From: Tubulanus polymorphus
Lineage: Eukaryota; Animalia; Nemertea
Length of the DNA stretch: 64,000 bases
Direction: 5' to 3'
NCBI RefSeq assembly: GCF_964204645.1
Contig: NC_134028.1
Span: forward strand, 5,084,001-5,148,000
Part shown: piece by piece, positions 25,101-64,000 of the stretch
Position numbering within the stretch: the first letter of the stretch is position 1
Layout of the letters: every line of letters begins with the position of its first letter
Translations under genes and position numbers: made by a program
The notes under the pieces: generated by a model
Database searches by the model: none
The model's input: the letters and a program-made list of their open reading frames with translations, nothing else
Told to the model about the DNA's origin: nothing

Positions 25101-25996
25101 TGCCTCCCCATCCTGCTGCCAATAATGGTTTAGCGTTTCGACCTTCCCAGCGTCCACCACCTCCACCGCTCCCACCACTCGACAAATTATTCAATTTACC
25201 ACCAACTCTGCTCGAAGATCACAGAGATGATTAGTCGCGATCATTTTGATGTGTTCAGACGAAAAAAATTTCTGCAATTCAATAATCTTTTTGAATATAA
25301 CTTACCCAGGTTTTTGAGTGCGTTGAATGTGAAGTATATTGCCCCGAAATTCGTAGTTTTTTCTTTCGATGGCTGCAACATTCGCGTCGTCCTCATTCAT
25401 GAACCGCACAAATCTATGAAAGAAGTATTTAATCGATATGATCATTGAATAATACGCCTTATTGGTCGATGTATTTTTCGACAGTTTTACGGCTTGAAGA
25501 ACTTACGCCAGGAATGTTCCATCGTTTAATTTCTGATTTTCACGAATTTCTATCGAATTTATTTCTCCGAATGGGAGAAACATTTCGCGCAGATCATTCT
25601 GAGAAATAAAAGCAAAAGATCAAATCAATGGCACCTTATTTCCTGAATCCAAGGCTTGTCGCAAGCTTGTTGACTTGTTGACAGTTCTACTGAGTATGAA
25701 GAATGGATCAAATCAAATAATCAATTACCAACTGACAAGGTAGGTTGTATTTTTTGGAATTAGGTAATTCTTTTTAACAAAGTTGAACTTGTAACCTGGG
25801 AGGCCAGGATCAGTCTAAGTCAGCAGAGAGAGCGCTGCTGAGACTGACAGTGTCCCAAGGAAAGTAGTAACAGTAAGTAGTGAGACTCATCCTGCTGTCG
25901 AGTCGAGAATTTTTGACTCACTTGAGTTGCAGAACTCGGTAAACTGCCAACGAAAATATCGTATGTTTTCGGTCTAAACCGACCCCCAGACATCAT
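16107..25996 (-). CDS. STK31: STK31/TDRD8-like Tudor-pseudokinase with an additional N-terminal RRM, 29 coding exons, about 1342 aa
   Basis: Exons in transcript order: 25922-25996, 25507-25598, 25306-25413, 25050-25207, 24687-24796, 24429-24584, 23991-24230, 23388-23647, 22935-23121, 22462-22728, 22005-22127, 21761-21865, 21473-21562, 21236-21349, 20840-21082, 20390-20491, 20215-20295, 19971-20087, 19753-19872, 19348-19428, 19098-19247, 18645-18773, 18498-18560, 18260-18417, 17880-17994, 17361-17696, 16800-16970, 16378-16441, 16107-16120. Phase-consistent (4029 nt). Tudor: FSADDQWYR...YIDYGNSE. The segments HFPELQVKHPELG and DYDFTKSPAQRA resemble vertebrate STK31 as I recall it. The last two small exons are less certain. 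Confidence 0.88.
18074..18217. mobile_element. Degenerate MITE-like inverted-repeat element in an STK31 intron
   Basis: CCAACGCACAC..CAGGGAAACACGGTG versus CACTGTTTCCTTG..GTGTGTTGG. Confidence 0.4.
18260..20087 (-). CDS. Protein-kinase-fold (pseudokinase) exons of the STK31-like gene
   Basis: PVFIK (VAIK), LIYGAIHPDNILL (catalytic loop without HRD), VKLADYD (DFG replaced), YNSPE (APE), TDIFSFGILMIE (subdomain IX), RPVISQLLSHGYF (subdomain XI). Confidence 0.88.
20548..20797. mobile_element. Degenerate copy of the CAGGGTG element family
   Basis: CGGGGTGACTATT ... TTCCCTGAC sub-repeats ... CAGCCACCCTG. Further fragments lie near 10762-10980 and 22300-22390. Confidence 0.45.
23388..24584 (-). 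CDS. Extended Tudor domain exons of the STK31-like gene
   Basis: ITHVETPSIFWGQ ... IYGAKFSADDQWYRS ... VRYIDYGNSEVV ... VSLNQDLLKGGL. Aromatic-cage residues (F, Y, Y, Y and N) are present. Confidence 0.9.
24278..24427. mobile_element. Copy of the CAGGGTG element family filling most of a Tudor-domain intron
   Basis: CAGGGTTGTCACT ... GTGGTCATCCTA, with internal similarity to the 55222 copy. Confidence 0.55.
25306..25996 (-). CDS. RRM domain exons of the STK31-like gene
   Basis: RNP2 DIFVGSL, helix NDLREMFLPFGEINSIEI, RNP1-like GTFLAFVRF, then EDDANVAAIERKNYEFRGNILHIQ, across three exons. Confidence 0.85.
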
Positions 25997-26589
25997 TGCA
26001 CCGTCAGCGGCTACCAAATACTTTTTTCAAGGACTGAAACAGCACTTAATTACACGTGCCGCACTGAAAAACAGTAACAGTACGAATTTTTATTTGCCGC
26101 AACCGGATATCAAACGCACAGTCTGTGGAGAACTGCGGATTACGTAACGGACGCTGGTAAAAACCCGGCCCAATTCCTCAATACAAAATACCTTTTTTAC
26201 TACTACAACTTTATTTTCATTAGAAAATTGTCATTTGTGTAGTGGTAGCGCTGTTTCAAAAAATAAATGTCAGAATTTCCTCTGCGACCGGCCCGCTAAT
26301 TGGTAATTAGTTTGTCCAGTATGCCAGTTCAAAGACTCTGGCATGCGAGTAGAAAGTTAGTTCACGTTTTTCCCGCCATCGTTACTTCAACTTATATATG
26401 GAGGCAGCACATGCTGGTTGGTTAATGAAGACTACGTACCGGACACCCTCTAGCACATCGTAACTTTTCCTAGGATATAATTGGCCATTAGACGAGAAGA
26501 TACACAATATCCGTGTATGATGATGACGAGAGAAATCCCACAATCACAAAACCAAAATTGAAAAATTCTATATCAGAATGATTGTATTT

Positions 26590-26640
26590 GAGGAGCGACG
26601 TTTCGGCTAACAACTGTGAGCCATCATCAGGCGTACTGAT
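26590..26640 (-). ncRNA. Minimal type-I hammerhead ribozyme motif (Penelope/retrozyme-like)
   Basis: Minus strand reads UACGC-CUGAUGA-U-GGCU CAC AGUU GUU AGCC-GAAAC-GUC-GC. Both catalytic core boxes, stem II, a palindromic ACGU stem III and a GUC cleavage triplet are present. Stem I is weak (about 2 bp adjacent to the core). Confidence 0.65.
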
Positions 26641-26877
26641 TGGCCATGCTTTTTGTCATTACAATATCTTGTAGAAATTGCTTAGAATTTGTGCTTATGA
26701 ATAGGAACAATTTTGTGCATCAATTTTTCGGTTATTTTTTCCTGGCAACCGCAAGAATTCTCAAGGGGAATCAAGTGAAAGTTGGAATTGTCATTCCCAG
26801 GTCAGCAGCTCTCTAACTCGTCTCAAAACAGAGAAAAATACACAAAGAAATTCATCAAATATTTTGATAATAGATCA

Positions 26878-26883
26878 TTTATT
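26878..26883 (-). terminator. Probable poly(A) signal AATAAA of Caskin (about 2.1-kb 3' UTR)
   Basis: TTTATT on the plus strand, with a downstream GU-rich tract (TTCTTTGTGTATTTTTCT) on the minus strand. Confidence 0.45.
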
Positions 26884-27795
26884 AACAGAATCCATTAATT
26901 AAATATCATTATCATTATAATAATTATCATTATTATAGTACTGTACACAAGACACAAAGCACACTTTGACAGATATTCATTGAGCCACACAAAAACACAA
27001 GTCCATTCTATTATTGATGTATGCCATCACAAATTTGTAAGTGACAAACCAGTATTCTAAAATGATTTTTGTTTCGGGAATCGCTTGAAACATAATTATT
27101 TCATTGAATGAATGAATATCAAATGGTAAGATTTAGGTCATTTTGCATATAATGGCTCTCAAATATTTTTCCATCAAAATGCATGAAATCTTATCTTTCC
27201 TGATAGAAACAACACAAGTTTACTTATGTACACAAACAGATAAAATTTATACAAGAATAATTTTTCAGTGGTTTGACCTTATATCATTTACCGCTTGTTC
27301 ATTAAGTCATGTCGCCAAATAACTGAAAATTAATGATCACTAAAACTACCAGCAGTGTTCCTAGACATTTCTAGATATCAAAACTACTGAAATCAAAAGC
27401 TAATTTCCTCAGAATTCTAGTGAAAAATTAATCATACAGTTTGTTTTTTTTAATACAAACAGCGTGTCGGCATTTCTTCTTATCAAAAAGGATTCATATC
27501 GAAAGAGACAGTAAACGAAAAAAAAGAAAAGAACTTATCAACTAGAACAATACCTTTCAGGCAAAGCAACAAATGAATTTCAACTATTCAGAATAGTTTT
27601 TCAAGATAGAAAAAATTTGATTTTTCATTTGCACAAAATTTTGCATACAGTAATAATTTTTGGCATGAAATCATAGGCATGCATTGACTTCTCCTCAAAT
27701 GCGATCATTGTAACATAAAATCTGTTTCATTGACAGAAACTTCTTCAGTATATTGCCGGTTTTTTAAACTATTGCTTACGATAAAACAACACAAA

Positions 27796-27876
27796 GACAC
27801 TGGTTCCACAGTCCTGAGAGTCAGAACTAGCTCATTCTAATCCTAGCCAAGTAACTATCTACTATGGAACTGGGTA
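27796..27876. mobile_element. Short degenerate MITE of the same family, in the Caskin 3' UTR
   Basis: CTGGTTCCACAGT ... ACTATGGAACTGG inverted termini. Confidence 0.5.
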
Positions 27877-28942
27877 CAGTTGTTACCATTATTCACATTG
27901 TGAAACCCTCTCAAAGCGGCGAAACTTCGAAAAGATAACACTTTTGCTAAAAGAATTTAACAATAAAGATTTATTGAGATGACTGAAAATCTTTTGGCAC
28001 AAGTGTTAACACTACATGCATGAGAGGATTTTCACAACTTGTTTGTTATTACTTGCGTTATCAACTGCATCTCGTACACGACAAGTTTCAATCGCAATAC
28101 TGCATTTTGTAGTCAGATAGGCACTGCAGGATTGAAATCAGAATCATTAGAGTTGGAACAGCTAGATACCGTGAATAGAATACTCGGCAATCGTTTCGCG
28201 AGAATAATAGAAAAGCAAAACGATTATGTCAATAAATACTAGCAAACAATATCAATAGCCTGCATCTCATGTTTGTCTATTCTATGATTAGATATTTACA
28301 AAATCATCGTTTACACAAACCTATACTACACATATTTACACTTGTGTCTGAAACTGATCCTACCGCTAGAGTTAAGAACATCGTCGTACAACTATAACAT
28401 TGTCAATTGTGCCTTATTCGCTAACAAGTCTTTTTAGCACCACATTCATGTTCTAACATAGACGTAAAAAATAAAAACTCATCTTAGTTCACACAGTTTG
28501 ATCGATGACAGATCATGATAACCCAAATATAGAGCTGACTGATAACTGGAAGTTGTTTCGAATCAAAGATGTCATCAAAGTGTATAATTTCGGTTGTTAC
28601 AGCTATGACGGAAATCGAGCATCAGAAAAGATGAACTGTTAAAACGATTTGGTAATTTGTATTGTATTAATACTGCGATACTTCCATCATTAATAAGAAA
28701 TGTTTTCTCTTACAAATATGGCGTCTACCGCCGAGGCACGTATCCCACATAGACGGGAGGCAACAATGGCGCAGCAGTCAGCCAATCAGTGAGCAGGATA
28801 CCATCCTATGATGCCACACCGAATTACGCTATCCACTGTATTCTGGATAGTTCTCTAGCACAGTCCCTTGTAGCACTGATAATAGTCTTAGCCACCGTTA
28901 TCACAGGTTACAAATAGATATAATATATGTCAATTACAACGG

Positions 28943-60163
<31,221 letters not shown>

Positions 60164-60698
60164 CTGTGAAAATATAAACAACATCCTAATTTTAATAAAA
60201 GACAACCCATCTCTCCAGTTACCCTAAAAACCAGAACCCCTACAACCCAGAACCATTAGGCACGAACCATATAAACATGTAAAATGAAAAGTGAATGCTT
60301 ATTCTAATGGAATGTTATGATTGAAAACTAAAGCAAAGTGAAAACTGCAGTTTTCTCACCGGCGTACTGCCGTATTTTTTTCATCAGTAATCCAATATTT
60401 TCCAGTGGTGTGTGAAGTTACAAAGTGGTTGCCCTTTTGTCCCTGTTGTAGGCGGTCTTATAACACCATGAGAGCCTTCAATTATATGTACGCGCAAATT
60501 TTCGAACCGAAAAAGGGTGAGAGCGTAAAAAAGACCCTCTTTTCCAGGTCAACCTATGAGACTGATAATTATTATTCCCGGAACCAGGACGAAAAAAGAA
60601 AAGGAGCTGGGAATCTGAGAGTCTGAATCTACGTAATAATCGAGTTCATTAATTACTCATTCAAGTTAATAGATACACAAAAACTCATGCAATAACTT

Positions 60699-60743
60699 GT
60701 GGTCGAGTGGTTAGAACGTTTGACTGTGGGTTGTGGTTCAATT
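60699..60743 (+). mobile_element. Possible tRNA-derived SINE head remnant
   Basis: Box-A-like TGGTCGAGTGG and box-B-like GGTTCAATT; no complete cloverleaf. Confidence 0.3.
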
Positions 60744-60744
60744 A

Positions 60745-60960
60745 ATTGTCCTCGTCGCGCCAGTACGAGGCATACAAGGCATCTGATCAACTCTTCCAAC
60801 CATTTCTAATTTTGGCAAGTCGATATGTGGTATTCCATCTTAATCTATTGTCACATATCTCCTTTTGGAAAGACCTTCGCCATGAGTTGGCTGTCCCCGA
60901 TTTCATCTTCCATCTGGAGTCCAGTGTCCATTTTAATCCCATACACGGATGCTGTCTGCT
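60745..60960 (-). mobile_element. Decayed 3' fragment of an RTE-clade non-LTR retrotransposon ORF
   Basis: Translation LKWTLDSRWKMKSGTANSWRRSFQKEICDNRLRWNTTYRLAKIRNGWKS*SDALYASYWRDED follows the W..P.G.R.RGRP..TWRR....E.....W.....LA.DR..WR....AL pattern I recall for RTE C-termini, and has an in-frame stop. Confidence 0.6.
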
Positions 60961-61969
60961 GCTGGCGTACCACTGAGTTGTGGTACAGGGGTAATAATAT
61001 GATAGAGGGAGAGAGTTTATACGAACTGATTCCATGTTACAATGATATTTGACTAGAATATTAACTCAGGACAAATCGTTACAAGATTACGAGCAACTGC
61101 GCTATCCATTCCCTGAGGAGTTATTAGTAAAATCAATCTCCAACGCGACATACTTATCAGCCCTCTTCATATTCAAGCTTAATATCCATGCAATCATATT
61201 CATCTACAACATTTTAAAAAACCTCACCCGCCAGTTGCGCAGCTAAGGCAAACATTTAAGCGCATGGCCAAAATACGGACTCAACTGACTTCAATTTAAA
61301 TGTGGCTAGTTTGATTTAAGGCAATGTAGAATGGCAATTAATATCATGAAAGGTGAGAAATTGATTACAGTTTCAACAACTATTTCATGGGAATGTGAAT
61401 GGGAGTTAGGATGGCATTGTTCATACGCGCATGTTGATGATAGAATGGCTGGTAACTTGTGTAAAAGCCATCTGAAACACACAGGGGCTCATTGAAGCCC
61501 ATTAGCAGTGAAGTACCAGCCGATGTTACGACAAAAGCCGGAAACATGATATTAATCCAACATTGTTTCGCAAGACACAATAATTGACATTAAAAGCCTC
61601 GATAATTGATAAAATGGATGATAAATAATAAGGATGGTCCCGAAGTGACAAAACAAAATGATATCGCACAAAAAGCTATTCGAAAACAAAAAGGATGTAA
61701 GAATGATATAATTATATTCAAACTTAAACTAGGGGCCCATCACGTATCAGTACGCAGCAACAGGCTGTTATTACTGTTTCTATCGGGAATGAATTGATTG
61801 AAAGTGGAATGCAATCTTGTTGTTGATGCTGTAGTAGAAATAGTTCCGTATTTGTAATTGAATTAAGTCTCTTCTCGTTGACGAAGTTAGCCAACGATTA
61901 TTGACCGGAATTGTCAACTGGTTCTATGTACACTTATCACGCCGAGGTTGATGGACAAGTTATTATTAG

Positions 61970-62084
61970 AGCCGCGATCACACGGAGACGATTTGGCCCG
62001 GATCAGACTCGGGCCAAATTTGGCACCTGTGTGGACAGTTGTTCCGGGCCAAATTTGACCAAAAATGCTCGTGTGATCACGGCT
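61970..62084. mobile_element. MITE with 15-bp TIRs and 3-bp TSD (TAG), PIF/Harbinger-like
   Basis: TAG|AGCCGCGATCACACG ... CGTGTGATCACGGCT|TAG, with internal ATTTGGCCCG/CGGGCCAAAT inverted repeats. A related partial copy lies at about 36449-36530. Confidence 0.7.
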
Positions 62085-63844
62085 TAGGGCACTGACACAA
62101 CTCGCCGTGTGCAAACAGGAGGTTCAGGGTAGAAGTACATGACAGGCGTTGAAAGTATTTTGAAACCAAATAAGACAGTTTTGAAACAACATTCTTAAGG
62201 TTTTGAGAGCAAGGCCTTCAGACACGAAAACAGGCATAATGCGGATCTGTGGCTATATTAGAAGGGCCCGAAGGGCCATCAGAACGCATACTAAAGTGAA
62301 TCATTGAAACATATATGTACAATCAGATTATAGTGCACAGAACAGATAGATTGCACCAGAGGATTCAAAAATGCATTGAGCACAGAAAGAGAGATCTGCA
62401 TTATTGATAGAACTAACAGACATTAAGTAGTTTGCAGTGCTTCACTAGTCGAGTATTCAGAATATGATTATATTCCCATGATTTTTAACAGAGAAAATGG
62501 TTCGGCTATCATTATTATTCTATTGTCAACATAATTACCGGGCATATTCATATATTCTCTTATGCACTTTATGTAGGTAATCATACCACAATCCTAATAG
62601 AGAAGCTAGTTGTGAACTATCTACACTATAGGGTACGCACTAACAATAAGGTATCAAAACTCCTTATTCAAGCAACTAAAGAATGATAGAATCATATTGA
62701 CGCCACTGCCTTTTTGATAACAACATTGAGGCATCACAAACTTCAAATTTCAATTCAGGAATGTAAATATCTTCTAAATATACTTGATTACTATTGAAGA
62801 TCAGAAGTTCAAGACCTGGTCTCAAGAGTATATTTTTCTCATTAACCTACATATTTCAATCGCTTCTAATACTGTTACCCGTGGCCTGCATGGGCCAAGG
62901 TTAACTTCAGTAGGGCCTGCGTGTGAAAAGGACATCTGTGGGTGGACCAAGTTTCTACGGGCACTATCACGAGCTACCACTAGGCGCAGACTACTGTACC
63001 AAATTCATGGCCAATGAATCGAAAAGTCAGAACTTGCGGGCTAAAAAAACACCCGTGGCTTTCACAGGTTTTTCACTAGTTATCATTGAATGAAAAAGAT
63101 TTTTACAGGGTCCATTCTAAATTTACAAACTCACGAGGCGTAGTATCCACGAATAACAGTTTGTCAGACATTCAGCTTTCTTAACCGCGAAAAGTTTTTT
63201 TCCGAGATTGACGTAACGATCTATTTCTTTCTATACCCGAGAGTCTCGCATCGTTTTTCTGAGAAGGTGCTGTAGTTCTTGTCGGCGCAATGAAATTGAC
63301 ACCTGACTGGAGAATGTTGGTGCAGTAAACATAAACCTATCATGTCTTTAACACCAAGTACTCGCTAGACAGTTAACTTCTGAAAGGTTTCCCGATTCGA
63401 CGTTTCTTCAAAATTAAAAATTGCTAAAACGAGAGAAATCTAAAGCTAAACTCGAATGAATGCTGCGCGATGAATGTTATGCATATGATTCAAATCATCT
63501 GAATGATACCCATATATAAGCGTAAATACTGAAATGCATAACCATTATACAATTCATTACTTTGTCAATGAAAAAAACTGCGGACCCATCAAACTACGTG
63601 GTATTACTGTCAAGAATATAAATGAGTTAATGAATAACATGTCTGTATACTATGGATAGGCAATTACTATACATTCCTTTACGAAACTTTTTATGTACCA
63701 ATAAAACAATGGAACATATGTTGCTGCGTTACGGTGAATCAATATGGCTGCCAGGCAGCTTGTCTGTAACTCTTTAAGAAGGGTTGAGGCCTGTTTTACA
63801 GAATAATATATCATTTCAGGTTATGTCTGTGAAAATGGGCCCAG

Positions 63845-63967
63845 GGGCTGGTTCCATAGTAGCGAAACTTAAGACCATTTTAATTCTATGCCCAATCTAA
63901 CATCTTAAGACCAATCTTATGATTTAAGACCATTTTTGGATTTAGGTCTTAACTATAGAACCGGCCT
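63845..63967. mobile_element. MITE with CAG TSD (Harbinger-like, CWG target)
   Basis: CAG|GGGCTGGTTCCATAGT ... ACTATAGAACCGGCCT|CAG (13 of 16 TIR positions match), with internal TTAAGACCA sub-repeats. Confidence 0.7.
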
Positions 63968-64000
63968 CAGGTCTCTTAACTTGACATCCAGTACATTGTG

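Noticed and set aside
60340-60390. Minus-strand CUGAUGA ... GAAAAC-UGCA-GUUUUC
   Set aside because: Long unpaired spacers around stem II and no stem I; likely chance.
62860-62990. SINE-core-like GTTTCTACGGGCACT segment
   Set aside because: Too degenerate to support without a repeat library.

Overview
AT-rich, intron-containing animal genomic DNA, probably a marine invertebrate or lophotrochozoan (inferred from gene content and repeat types; not provable from sequence). There are no prokaryotic operons, CRISPR arrays or rRNA. Three spliced genes lie head-to-tail on the minus strand; I rebuilt their exon chains by hand from GT-AG boundaries and reading phase. (1) A long-chain acyl-CoA synthetase of the ACSL1/5/6 type: 18 coding exons, 3722-11238, about 680 aa. 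(2) An STK31/TDRD8-like gene: 29 coding exons, 16107-25996, about 1342 aa, with an N-terminal RRM, a Gly/Trp linker, a Tudor domain, coiled coil, a pseudokinase and an acidic tail. (3) A Caskin orthologue (ankyrin-SH3-SAM-SAM-Pro-rich-C-terminal motif): 17 coding exons in the window, 28943-60163, with the 5' end outside. Most notable are a minimal hammerhead-ribozyme motif between the Caskin poly(A) signal and the STK31 start, the RRM-fused STK31 architecture, and several phase-compatible hidden alternative exons in ACSL and Caskin. Introns carry several MITE families, an RTE-LINE remnant, tandem duplications and an (AT)n tract. Nearly all other ORFs in the track are antisense shadows or intron read-throughs.
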